NCBI GenBank assembly: GCA_965204175.1
Contig: OZ241978.1
Span: forward strand, 1,044,103 to 1,108,102
Direction of reading: 5' to 3'
DNA length: 64,000 bases
Source of the DNA: Vicinamibacterales bacterium
GTDB taxonomy: Bacteria > Acidobacteriota > Vicinamibacteria > Vicinamibacterales > UBA8438
The stretch's first letter is position 1, and each line of letters begins with the position of its first letter. The notes under the pieces were generated by a model. That model was not told the origin of the DNA. It did no database searches and saw only the letters and a program-made list of their open reading frames with translations. A program made the translations under genes and the position numbers. Below, piece by piece: positions 9,630 through 18,742 of the stretch.

Positions 9630-12356
9630 CTATTTCTTGCCCAGCACCCCGCCAAGCGCATCGGCGAATGCGCCCGCCGTCGCCGGACGTGCGGACCGGG
9701 CAGCCGTCAGCACCGTCGCCGCGAACGCGACCACCGCCGACTGCATCGCCGTGTCCGATGCGGGCCGCGCACGGCGACCGAGGCGTTGGCGCCGAATGCG
9801 GTCGGCCACGTCTTCGACGTCGCCGCCCGCGAACGGGTGGTCGCCCGACACCATCTCGTAGAGGACCACGCACAGCGACCAGACGTCGTCCGCTGCCTCG
9901 GCGGACCGCCCCGACACCACCTCCGGCGACAGATAGCGCAGCGTGCCGCCAGCCACCGCCGCGTTGTTCGCCGGCCGGGCCAGACCGAAGTCCAGCAGCT
10001 TCGGCAAGCCGTCCGCCGTGAACCCGATGTTGCTCGGCTTGACGTCACCGTGCAGATACCCCGCCCGGTGCAACGCCGCCAGCCCCTCGGCGAGCTGGAT
10101 GGCCACGGCAACCGACTGCGGCGCCGCGAGCGGTCCCTCCCCAAGCCGGGCCGCGAGCGTGCCGCCGGGCAGGAACTCGACGACCAGGAACGGGCGCCCG
10201 CGCCACGATTCGACGCCGTAGATCTGAGCCACCGCCGCGTGCGCCACCCGCGCCATGGCCCATGCCTCGGGCTGCAGTCCCATCATCCGCGACACGGACC
10301 TCCCGGCCAGAGTCTTCACCGCCACGTGGCGATCGAGCCGGACTTCGTGCGCCAGATAGGCCGCCCCCATCCCACCGGCGCCCAGCCGCTGCAGCAGTCG
10401 GAACCTGCCCGCCAGCAGCCGCGGAACCTCCGTCTCGACGTACGCCGGCCCGCAGGCGCACCCCGGAGGCTCCTCGGACCCTGCAACGCATCCGCACGCC
10501 GGGCATTCGAGCCCCGGCGGCGGCTCCGACAATCGAGGCGTCGACCCGTCCAACAACCGCAGGCGCATCACCGCCTGCCCCGCGGCCGATGCCAGCACTT
10601 CCAGGAACGTCACGTCCGCAGCGCGCACGATCCGGTCGTCGAATCGCCGCCCCACCACGAGAATGCCGACGACCTCGGCGCCGGGACCGGGAACTGCCAC
10701 AATCACGTCGGCGCCCGTCTCCGCCACCCACGCCGCGTCCCGGGCCGGCAGCAGGCCGAAGAGCGACTTCGGATCGCTCGGGTGGACCCGCAACGACCCG
10801 CCCGCCTCCGTCAGGATGTGCACAATCGCCGAAGTCCGCGACAAGGGAGCGATTGCGGTGTCCGCCGGCTTGAAATCGCACGCGTCCGACTGCGCGTCGT
10901 CCACCACGAGCAGCCTGCCGGGCGAGCCGCAGCCGCGCTTGACCGCCCGCGTCAGCGTCCGGCTGATGGTCGCCACCCGTTCCGCCTTCGCCAGGGCCGC
11001 GGCAGCCACGGCCAGGAGCTGCCGCTGGTCCGATGTCTCGGGATAGACCCAGGCGTCCAGACGACGGAGAAGGCGTTCGCGGTTGATGGCCAGAACCAGC
11101 AGGAGCCCGGCCGCCGCGGTCAGCGACTGCGCCAGCGGACTGGCGACAACCGCGCCCACTTCCTGCTCGGCGTTGCTCCACAGCAGCCAACCGACACCCA
11201 CGAGCGGCGCGACGGCCGCTCCCCCAAGCAGCCCGGGCCTTGCCAACAGCCGTCTGTACCCGGCGCGGACCATCTCGCGGGGGTGGGGCACACGGACTGC
11301 GAGCACCGCGTACCACGCCAGCACCATCCCCGGAAAGCGAAGCGGCTGGATCAGCGCACTGACCGGGCCCGGTTCATAGTTCGACACCCAGGACCCGGGC
11401 GACAGCGCCTCGACGAGGTCGTACGCCGTGCCCAGTCCCACCCACACCAGGAACCCGAAACTGAACACGACGACACGCCGCACCTCGGCGGCCGGGGCCG
11501 TGTGCGCACGCAGCGCGACCACCACCACGGCAGCCAGCGACAGAACGGACGCGCCAGCCGCGGTTCCATCGAAACCCGCCAGGTAGAAGGTTCCACTGAC
11601 CCCGTCGTTGACCAATCCCGCCACGTAGATCGACGCAAGCCCGGCGCACAGGGCGCAACCGACCGCCACGCTGACGGGAACCATCCCGCGCGCGAGGTCG
11701 TCCAGCCGGGTCCGCCGATGGACCCGGGGGCACTCTCTGGCAAACGCCCACAGGAACGCAGGCGATATCGCGAACGCCAGCGGATACGACAAGTGCACGA
11801 ACACGACGGTCGGCAGGGGCACGTCCCAGACGGAAGCCTCCGGCATGGCGAACGGCGGCACCTGCCCCAGGAAGCCCGGAAGCATGTGCAGGGGTGCGAG
11901 CGTGGCCCTGAAGAGGAAGAAGCATCCCAGCAACCAGGTCCGCCGGTCACGACGGCCGGCGAACAGCAGCAGGGCGGCGCCCGCACTGTACCCGGCGAGC
12001 AGGGTCGCCACATAGACCGCGGTATCTCCGTGCGCCCGATGGTAGTCCTCCCATCTCCAGGGCAGCAGCAGCAACGTCGCCGCCACCTGGACCACGGCAA
12101 CGGCCATGAGGACGTGGACGGCGCGGCGAACGAAGGCGCCGGCGCGAAAGCCGGCGGTGGGCTCCAGCGCCGTCGACGGCGCAAGCCCCGCGGCGTCCCT
12201 GCCCGCGAAGATCCGGGAGAGCTCTCGCAGCGTGTCGAGGGCGCGGCGCTCGGCCGGCGTGGCCAGTCTCGCGCACCGCTCCCACTGTACGCCCTGGTCC
12301 AACGTGACGGCGTCCACCGCGTCGCCGACGACGTCCCCGGGAGCGCCTTCAGGCAT
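9630..12356 (-). CDS. membrane-bound Ser/Thr protein kinase with polytopic N-terminal sensor region
   Basis: C-terminal Hanks kinase motifs: LGAGGMGAAYLA..VAVK, HGDVKPSNIG, DFGLAR, GTLRYLSPE. The N-terminal ~400 aa contain many hydrophobic helices. A central GAF-like region and a CPACGC...CAC Cys cluster precede the kinase domain. Confidence 0.9.
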   Translation of the reverse strand: MPEGAPGDVVGDAVDAVTLDQGVQWERCARLATPAERRALDTLRELSRIFAGRDAAGLAPSTALEPTAGFRAGAFVRRAVHVLMAVAVVQVAATLLLLPWRWEDYHRAHGDTAVYVATLLAGYSAGAALLLFAGRRDRRTWLLGCFFLFRATLAPLHMLPGFLGQVPPFAMPEASVWDVPLPTVVFVHLSYPLAFAISPAFLWAFARECPRVHRRTRLDDLARGMVPVSVAVGCALCAGLASIYVAGLVNDGVSGTFYLAGFDGTAAGASVLSLAAVVVVALRAHTAPAAEVRRVVVFSFGFLVWVGLGTAYDLVEALSPGSWVSNYEPGPVSALIQPLRFPGMVLAWYAVLAVRVPHPREMVRAGYRRLLARPGLLGGAAVAPLVGVGWLLWSNAEQEVGAVVASPLAQSLTAAAGLLLVLAINRERLLRRLDAWVYPETSDQRQLLAVAAAALAKAERVATISRTLTRAVKRGCGSPGRLLVVDDAQSDACDFKPADTAIAPLSRTSAIVHILTEAGGSLRVHPSDPKSLFGLLPARDAAWVAETGADVIVAVPGPGAEVVGILVVGRRFDDRIVRAADVTFLEVLASAAGQAVMRLRLLDGSTPRLSEPPPGLECPACGCVAGSEEPPGCACGPAYVETEVPRLLAGRFRLLQRLGAGGMGAAYLAHEVRLDRHVAVKTLAGRSVSRMMGLQPEAWAMARVAHAAVAQIYGVESWRGRPFLVVEFLPGGTLAARLGEGPLAAPQSVAVAIQLAEGLAALHRAGYLHGDVKPSNIGFTADGLPKLLDFGLARPANNAAVAGGTLRYLSPEVVSGRSAEAADDVWSLCVVLYEMVSGDHPFAGGDVEDVADRIRRQRLGRRARPASDTAMQSAVVAFAATVLTAARSARPATAGAFADALGGVLGKK

Positions 12357-13032
12357 TCGACATGCCGTCGACCAGCCTTCTCAACGCCCGTGCCAGCGCC
12401 TTGCGCGCCACCGCCTCGCTGGACAGACGCTCCATGAAAGCGATCTGACGGTAGCTGTATCCGAGCTCCGCGCGCCCGACTATCAGCCGGCGATCGCGGT
12501 CCGTCAAGCGCTTCAGGCCGCTGAGGTAGCGTTTCCGGGTCTCGTCATCGACGAACTGCTGGTGCTGCGGCGCCGCACTGTCGGACAGCGGAGCGGATGC
12601 ATCGGGCATGATCACGTTCAGACGACGCTTGGCGCGCCGCGACTGGTCGTTGATCCGGTTCTGGACAGCACGCAACAGGTATCCCTGGAGCGCCCCGGCG
12701 TGTTTCGACTCGAACGACTCGAGCCTTGCGAAGGTCTGGTGCAGCGCGTCGTGGACTACGTCGCTGGTGTCGATGCCGTCACGCGCCCACGCCGGCAGCC
12801 GGCCCCGCGATCTTCGCCGGAGCCAGGACCTGTATTGCGTGAACAGCGTGTCGATCGCCGACCGGCTGCCCCGCCGTGCCCGCTCGAGGAAACTCCGCTC
12901 CGAGGAGGACTCGCCGGAAGCAGATTCGCTGCCATGCTGCACGGAGTCAGGATTGAGCATGACAGGTCGGATCATACACAGTTGCGGGACCGCGACCTGC
13001 ACGATTGCCGTCTCGCCCGTCTCACCCCGCAT
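12349..13032 (-). CDS. ECF-type sigma-70 family factor
   Basis: Region 2 (DTSDVVHDALHQTFARL) and region 4 HTH (LGYSYRQIAFMERLSSEAVARKALARALRRL). The 8-nt overlap with the downstream kinase start implies co-translation. The true start may be an internal Met. Confidence 0.85.
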   Translation of the reverse strand: MRGETGETAIVQVAVPQLCMIRPVMLNPDSVQHGSESASGESSSERSFLERARRGSRSAIDTLFTQYRSWLRRRSRGRLPAWARDGIDTSDVVHDALHQTFARLESFESKHAGALQGYLLRAVQNRINDQSRRAKRRLNVIMPDASAPLSDSAAPQHQQFVDDETRKRYLSGLKRLTDRDRRLIVGRAELGYSYRQIAFMERLSSEAVARKALARALRRLVDGMSNA

Positions 13033-13203
13033 CTGCCGGTCGACTGCTACGACCCGAGACGCCTTGCCGAGAGCCTCGGGCGAGCGGACGAGCCGTACAT
13101 CCGCGACAAGGCGCGGGCGACTCGGCGTCTCCGTGCGGCGGGAGCTGAACGCATGTATCGCAGAATATCCCCACGAAACAGGGACATCCTGACTGGCTAG
13201 AGA

Positions 13204-14937
13204 CTACTGCGGACCCTGCTCATCTTCAGGCAAGGCGAAGACATACATCGCGTTCGGGGCCCCCGGTACGCGCCCCCCGCCGACCGGGACGGCCAAGTAC
13301 TGCCGGTCGTTGACCGCATAGGTGACGGGGAAGCCCTGCACCGGCGACGGCATCCGGGTGCGGAACAGCACGCCGCCCGTCTCGACGTCCATGATGTAGA
13401 GATAACGATCGCCGTCGGCGGTCACCACCAAGCCGCCGGCCGTGGTCAGGGCGGCGGCGAGCGAGCGCAGACGGGTGGAGTGGCGCCAGCGCACTTCGCC
13501 GGTATCGATGTCCATCGCCACCAGATGGCCGTCGTGGTCGGGGCTCTGCGGGTGGGGCAGCCGTCCCGCCGACTGCCAGCCGGTCCAGCGCGGGTTCCCG
13601 TAGTAGTAGAGGTCGCCCGTCGGATGCGGCTCGCGCGCCACCTCGCTGAACGTGCCCTTGACGCAGGTCGGGTGGATGGGGATGTAGAGCATGCCGGTGC
13701 CGGGGTGATACGCCGACGAGCGCCAGTTGCGGATGCCCTGAAAGTCCGGGCAGAACTCCAGCTCCTCGCCCGGCTCGGGGATCATCTCGGGCCGGTAGGT
13801 GGTCTCGCCGGTGTCGGGGTCGACGTCGACCAGGGTCTGGTAGCCGAGGTCGTGGGCGGCGACGAACGCGCCGGTCTTCCGGTCGAGCTCCCACAGGATG
13901 CCCAGCTTGCCCATCTTGAACAGCGACTGCCGGCCGCGGTGGTCGATGAGCACGCTCTCGAACACGTCGTCGAGGTCGTGGGTCTCGCCCGGCACGAACT
14001 GGTAGTACCAGTCGAGCTCGCCGGTGTCCGGATCGAGGGCGAGCACGCTGTTCGTGTAGAGCGCGTCGCCGTCGGTGCCGCGCGACAGCCGCGCCCACGG
14101 CTTGGCCTGCGACGTGGACCAGAACGTGAGGTTGGTGGCCGGGTCGTAGCTGCCCGGAATCCAGGCGTCGCCGCCGGCGCGGAACATCGCCGGCAGGTCG
14201 CCCCACGTGTCGCCGCCCGGATCGCCCGGCTGGGCGACGGTCGACGTGCGCCACAGCTCCTCGCCGGTCTGCGGGTCGTGGGCGGAGATGAAGCAGGTGC
14301 CGTCCTTGTAGCGCTCGCAGCCGGTCATGCCGGCGACGATCTTCCCGTTGACGACGATCGGCCCGCTCGTGTAGCGGTAGCCGAGCCGATTGTCGGCGAC
14401 CACGTGGTCCCAGACCACCTCGCCGGTCAGCGCGTCGAGGGCGACGATGTGGGCGTCGTTCGTGTTCAGGTAGATCTTGTCGTCGTAGATGGCGATGGAC
14501 CGCGTGCGGGCGCGGAACGAATCGTCGGGCGACCGCTCGAAGCGCTTGCGGTACTCCCAGAGCGGGTCGCCGGTGACCGCATCGAGGGCCTGGACGACGT
14601 TGAGCGGGCCCGGCAGGTACATGATGCCGTCGTAGACGATCGGCGTGGGCTGCGCCAAGCCGGTGGGCATCGTCCACGACCAGACCAGGCCGAGCTGGTG
14701 GACGTTGTCGCGGTCGATCTGGTCGAGCGGGCTGTAGCCCCAGCCGTCCAGCGTCCGCCGCCAGTTGATCCAGTCGGCCGGGTCGGGGTCGGCGAGCAGC
14801 GCGTCGGTGACCGGTGTGAAGTCGCGATCCTGCGCCGCTACGGTGCCTGTGCCGTTGCCGACGGAGACGATGAGCGCCAGCGCGCACATCCGTGACGTTC
14901 GTGCCAGAGAGGTCGTCCACCACGTTTTCGTGCTCAT
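13204..14937 (-). CDS. PQQ-dependent (quinoprotein) dehydrogenase, beta-propeller
   Basis: Signal peptide, N-terminal DPADWINWRRTLDGWGYSPLDQI motif, and repeated Trp-docking propeller blades across 577 aa. Confidence 0.85.
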   Translation of the reverse strand: MSTKTWWTTSLARTSRMCALALIVSVGNGTGTVAAQDRDFTPVTDALLADPDPADWINWRRTLDGWGYSPLDQIDRDNVHQLGLVWSWTMPTGLAQPTPIVYDGIMYLPGPLNVVQALDAVTGDPLWEYRKRFERSPDDSFRARTRSIAIYDDKIYLNTNDAHIVALDALTGEVVWDHVVADNRLGYRYTSGPIVVNGKIVAGMTGCERYKDGTCFISAHDPQTGEELWRTSTVAQPGDPGGDTWGDLPAMFRAGGDAWIPGSYDPATNLTFWSTSQAKPWARLSRGTDGDALYTNSVLALDPDTGELDWYYQFVPGETHDLDDVFESVLIDHRGRQSLFKMGKLGILWELDRKTGAFVAAHDLGYQTLVDVDPDTGETTYRPEMIPEPGEELEFCPDFQGIRNWRSSAYHPGTGMLYIPIHPTCVKGTFSEVAREPHPTGDLYYYGNPRWTGWQSAGRLPHPQSPDHDGHLVAMDIDTGEVRWRHSTRLRSLAAALTTAGGLVVTADGDRYLYIMDVETGGVLFRTRMPSPVQGFPVTYAVNDRQYLAVPVGGGRVPGAPNAMYVFALPEDEQGPQ

Positions 14938-15182
14938 CCTCGTCCCCGTTTCTTGCAGGCAGGTTTTCCGCGGGCCGCAGCCCCGGTGATCGGGAGGCCG
15001 AACGCCCGTTCGCCATCATACCCGTGTTCGCGGTCGTCTACGGGAGCAGGTCGGCGACGGCTATCGTTGCCGCGGGGCGAGCGAGCGGCGCGATCGTCTC
15101 GCCGGCGCAACAGCGGCTGTCGCTGCCGTTTCCGCCGGGGCCGCCGTCCGCTCCGCGATCTCGCGTCGGCGCCTGCGGCGCC

Positions 15183-15188
15183 TATAAT
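15183..15188 (+). promoter_or_regulatory. candidate -10 box (TATAAT) for the MNT/HepT operon
   Basis: Perfect TATAAT lies 24 nt upstream of the GTG start at 15212. No good -35 box was seen. Confidence 0.3.
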
Positions 15189-15211
15189 CGAAATCGAGTC
15201 GGAAGAACGGC

Positions 15212-15607
15212 GTGATCGAACAGCTCGAGCGGTACTTCGCGGCGCACGCGGTTGACGGGAACCCCGTCGCCGCTTATCTCTTCGGCAGCGTCGCGCGTGG
15301 CGACGACGGCGCCCGGAGCGACGTCGACGTGGCGATCCTCTACCGGCGCGATCCGCCGCGGACGTTCGACGCGCTGCCGTTGCGTCTGGAGGGGGAGATC
15401 GAACGGCTCCTGGGCCGGCGCACGGAGGTCGTCTGCCTGAACCTGGCGCCCGTCGACCTGTGCGCCCGCGTGCTGCGTGACGGCGTGCTCCTCCTGGACC
15501 AGGATCCCGCCTTGCGCATCGGATTCGAAGTGCGGACACGCAACCTGTGGTTCGACCTGCAGCCGGTGTTCCGCACGTATCGGCGGTTGGCGGTGCCGGC
15601 CGGATGA
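15212..15607 (+). CDS. mntA: MNT-type nucleotidyltransferase antitoxin
   Basis: GSVARGDDGARSDVDV matches the GSxxRGx(n)SDxD minimal nucleotidyltransferase motif. ATGA overlap with the downstream HepT gene. Confidence 0.8.
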   Translation: MIEQLERYFAAHAVDGNPVAAYLFGSVARGDDGARSDVDVAILYRRDPPRTFDALPLRLEGEIERLLGRRTEVVCLNLAPVDLCARVLRDGVLLLDQDPALRIGFEVRTRNLWFDLQPVFRTYRRLAVPAG

Positions 15608-16017
15608 CCGATCCGGAGCTGGTCGCGAAACGGCTCGCGATCATCGAGACGAGCGTTCGCGAGCTGCGCGAGCTGGCCCGCCCGACGGCGATTCACACCG
15701 ATGTTCGCGAGGCGCGGTTCGTAGAGCACACGCTGCAGATCGCTATCCAGGCGGTCCTCGACACCGCGTCGCACATCGTGTCCGACGAGCGGCTGGGGGA
15801 GCCGCGCACCAACCGGGAGCTGTTCGACCTGCTTGAAGGGGCCGGCTGGATCCCGCCGGCGCTGGCCGGCGCGCTGCGCGACATGGCCGGCTTCCGGAAC
15901 GTCCTCGTGCACGGTTACGACACGGTCGATCTAGAAATCGTCCGCGACGTGGTCGAGCACCATCTCGGCGAGCTTCTGCAGTTCGCCGAGATGGTCCGAA
16001 AGCGCATCGGCGGATGA
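15604..16017 (+). CDS. hepT: HepT (DUF86/HEPN) toxin
   Basis: RNVLVHGY is the Rx4HxY HEPN motif. ATG at 15604 overlaps the MNT stop. The track ORF start at 15547 is an upstream extension. Confidence 0.85.
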   Translation: MTDPELVAKRLAIIETSVRELRELARPTAIHTDVREARFVEHTLQIAIQAVLDTASHIVSDERLGEPRTNRELFDLLEGAGWIPPALAGALRDMAGFRNVLVHGYDTVDLEIVRDVVEHHLGELLQFAEMVRKRIGG

Positions 16018-16273
16018 TGTATACTGCTTCTTTGCCTGCAGGAAGCCTGCCGATGTTCGTGCTTGCCATCTTCGACGCACTTCGCATGCGCGGATAGCTC
16101 CCCGCGTGCGCGGATAGCTTCCGCTCCTTCACGACAGTTCCGCCGTTCGTTCGGTTCGAACCTTCCGCGCGGCGCGGCTGATCTGCTTCCTTCTTCGTTC
16201 GGCTCCGCGGGTCCGTTGCATTCGACGCGGCGTCCCGTTTCGTCGTTTCCGTTCTCTATTTCGTGGTGCACCG

Positions 16274-17710
16274 ATGTCTTTCGTCAACGTGGTTTCCAAC
16301 GGCCGCCGCACTCTGGCGGCCCGCAACGCGCAACTCCGGGCGGACATGCGCGACGCCGTGCGCGCCGTACCCCGCGACTACACCAGCGGCAGCCTCCCGC
16401 GCGCCGTCCTGCTGCTGGCGGTGCCGATGGTCCTCGAAATGGGGATGCAGTCGGTCTTCTCGGTCGTCGACGTCTACTTCGTCGGCCGTCTCGGCCCGGA
16501 GGCGGTGGCCGTTCTCGGCCTGTCGGATTCGCTCATCGCCCTCGTGTTCGCCGTCTCTATCGGCCTCAGCATGGGGGCCACGGCGATGGTGGCCCGGCGC
16601 GTCGGCGAGGGGTCGCCCGAGCGCGCGTCTTCCGCCGCCGTGCAGGCCATCGCCGGCGGCTGCGCCGCGTCGCTCGTGATCGGGGTGGCGGGGATCGTCT
16701 GGGCCTCCGATCTGCTGGTGCTGCTGGGCGCCACGCCTGAGCTGGCGACGAGCGGCCGGACCTTCACCGCGATCATGCTGGGCGGCTGCGTCACGGTGAC
16801 GCTGCTGTTCATGATCAACGGCATCTTCCGCGGCGCGGGCGATCCGGTGCTGGCGATGCGGGCGCTCTGGCTGGCGAACCTCGTCAACATCGTGCTGGAC
16901 CCGATCCTGATCTTCGGCCTGGGACCCATCCCGGCATTCGGGCTCGAGGGGGCGGCGATCGCGACGACGGTGGGGCGCGGCCTGGGCGTTGCCTACCAGC
17001 TCCGGGCGCTCACGAGCGGCAACGGCCGCGTGACCATCGACTGGCGGCGGGCCCGCATCGAGACGCAGACCATGCTGCGCCTGCTGCGCGTCAGCGGCAT
17101 CGGCATCCTGCAGTACCTGGTCGGGACCGCGAGCTTCGTCGGGCTCATCCGCATCCTCGCGCCGTTCGGCGACACGGTGCTGGCGGGCTACACCGTGGCG
17201 GTGCGGATCATCATCTTCGTGCTGCTGCCGGTCTGGGGCGTCGGCAACGCCGCGGCGACCCTGGTGGGGCAGAACCTGGGCGCAGGGCAGCCGGATCGCG
17301 CCGAGCGCGCCGTCTGGTTCACCGCGCGCCTGAACACGGTGCTGCTGGGCATCGTCGGCGTGATCTTCGTGGTCTTCGCCCGGCCCATCGTCGGGCTGCT
17401 GGCGACCGATCCGGCCGTCGTGTCGCTGGCCGCCGCCTGCCTGCGCATCGTCGCCTGCAGCTACGTGTTCTGGGGCTTCGGCCTCGTCACCGTGCTGGCG
17501 TTCAACGGCGCGGGGGATACGACCACGCCGACGTGGATCAACTTCCTCGTCTACTGGCTGGTGCAGCTCCCGCTCGCCTGGGTGCTAGCCGGCCCCGCCG
17601 GTCTGGGGCCGAACGGGGTGTTCGTGACGGTGGCGGTCTGCCAGACGCTGATGGCGGTGGTGGGCGTCCTCGCGTTCCGGCGCGGAGGTTGGAAGAAGCG
17701 GGTGCTGTAA
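16274..17710 (+). CDS. MATE family efflux transporter
   Basis: 478 aa, about 12 TM, with the typical MATE N-terminus (LLLAVPMVLEMGMQSVFSVVDVYFVGRLG) and internal duplication. Confidence 0.9.
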   Translation: MSFVNVVSNGRRTLAARNAQLRADMRDAVRAVPRDYTSGSLPRAVLLLAVPMVLEMGMQSVFSVVDVYFVGRLGPEAVAVLGLSDSLIALVFAVSIGLSMGATAMVARRVGEGSPERASSAAVQAIAGGCAASLVIGVAGIVWASDLLVLLGATPELATSGRTFTAIMLGGCVTVTLLFMINGIFRGAGDPVLAMRALWLANLVNIVLDPILIFGLGPIPAFGLEGAAIATTVGRGLGVAYQLRALTSGNGRVTIDWRRARIETQTMLRLLRVSGIGILQYLVGTASFVGLIRILAPFGDTVLAGYTVAVRIIIFVLLPVWGVGNAAATLVGQNLGAGQPDRAERAVWFTARLNTVLLGIVGVIFVVFARPIVGLLATDPAVVSLAAACLRIVACSYVFWGFGLVTVLAFNGAGDTTTPTWINFLVYWLVQLPLAWVLAGPAGLGPNGVFVTVAVCQTLMAVVGVLAFRRGGWKKRVL

Positions 17711-17807
17711 GGGGAAAAAGCCGGGTGCTGTAGGGGAAGCAGGCCGGTTCGGGTGCGTGTGCGGCTGACGACGCGTGTCTCGGCCCGTTCCGCCGGCACA
17801 TGCTGAA

Positions 17808-17845
17808 TCGTTCCGGCGGCGTCGTTCCGGCGGCGTCGTTCCGGC
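17808..17845. repeat. 14-bp tandem repeat (TCGTTCCGGCGGCG x about 2.7)
   Basis: Direct reading of 17808-17845 in the MATE downstream intergenic region. Confidence 0.7.
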
Positions 17846-17868
17846 TCGCGCCGGCGGCGCCCGTCGGC

Positions 17869-18033
17869 CTACGCAGCCGGCTTCTTCCAGCGCGACAACG
17901 TGTAGGTGAGCACGGCCAGCAAAGTCTCGTCGAGGAACGGAATCGGGTCCGGGATGAGCAGATCGATGACGAGCAGCGCGGCGGCCAGGACGAAGAGCTG
18001 CCAGGAGCGGAGGCCTTCGAGGAACGTGATCAT
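17869..18033 (-). CDS. small hypothetical membrane protein (about 55 aa)
   Basis: MITFLEGLRSWQLFVLAAALLVIDLLIPDPIPFLDETLLAVLTYTLSRWKKPAA has one or two hydrophobic helices. Weak evidence only. Confidence 0.3.
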   Translation of the reverse strand: MITFLEGLRSWQLFVLAAALLVIDLLIPDPIPFLDETLLAVLTYTLSRWKKPAA

Positions 18034-18079
18034 GAGGGCGTCGTTGCCAGGGGATACATGCATTATGCATACTATGCGT

Positions 18080-18328
18080 ATGTCCAGCAAGACCATATCG
18101 CTCCGGGAGGAAGCGTACGAACGGCTGCGTACGGCCCGCCGCTATCCCGGCGAGTCGTTCAGCGCCGTCGTCCTGCGAGCGACGTGGCCGGAGACGACGA
18201 CGACCGGCAAGGCGTTCCTGGACATCTGCAGGGAACGGGGAGCCGTCTTCGATGCCGCGGCGCTCGACCGGGTGGAGGCGCTCAAGCGCGATGACGCCCC
18301 GGCGATCGACAAATGGAGCACGCGCTGA
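18080..18328 (+). CDS. vapB: VapB-type antitoxin
   Basis: MSSKTISLREEAYERLRTARR... N-terminus typical of small VapB-like antitoxins. 16-nt overlap with the downstream PIN gene. Confidence 0.7.
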   Translation: MSSKTISLREEAYERLRTARRYPGESFSAVVLRATWPETTTTGKAFLDICRERGAVFDAAALDRVEALKRDDAPAIDKWSTR

Positions 18329-18732
18329 TCCTCGAAACGACCTTCCTGATCGACCTCGAACGCGAGCTCGTCAAGGGTGAGCATGGTCCCGCGCAACGCT
18401 TCCTGGAGTCTCACGCGACCTGTCGTCTGTTCATAACCCCGACTATTGCCGGGGAGTTGGCTGCCGGTACGAGTCTCGCCGAACGGGGGCGCTGGGAGCG
18501 GTTCCTGAGTCCGTTCCGCGTTCTGCCGATTACCGACGACGTCAGTTGGGAATACGGACGCGCGTCCCGCTACCTGCGGGACAACGGCGCCATGATCGGC
18601 GGCAACGATCTCTGGATCGCGGCGACCGCGGTGGCGCACGGCGTGCCGGTGGTGACGCGCAACACGAGACACTATCGCCGTGTGCCGGATCTCGACGTCA
18701 GGGGTTACTCGACTGAAGACGCACGAGCGTGA
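18313..18732 (+). CDS. vapC: VapC PIN-domain toxin
   Basis: PIN acidic residues (ILETTFLIDLERE; GGNDLWIAATAVAHGVPVVTRNTRHYRRVPDL). Confidence 0.85.
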   Translation: MEHALILETTFLIDLERELVKGEHGPAQRFLESHATCRLFITPTIAGELAAGTSLAERGRWERFLSPFRVLPITDDVSWEYGRASRYLRDNGAMIGGNDLWIAATAVAHGVPVVTRNTRHYRRVPDLDVRGYSTEDARA

Positions 18733-18742
18733 ACACTCTCCA

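Noticed and set aside
17698-17738. Duplicated GGGTGCTGTA(A)GGGGA motif spanning the MATE stop codon
   Set aside because: This is a short local duplication of the gene's 3' end with no further structure, and is judged uninformative.
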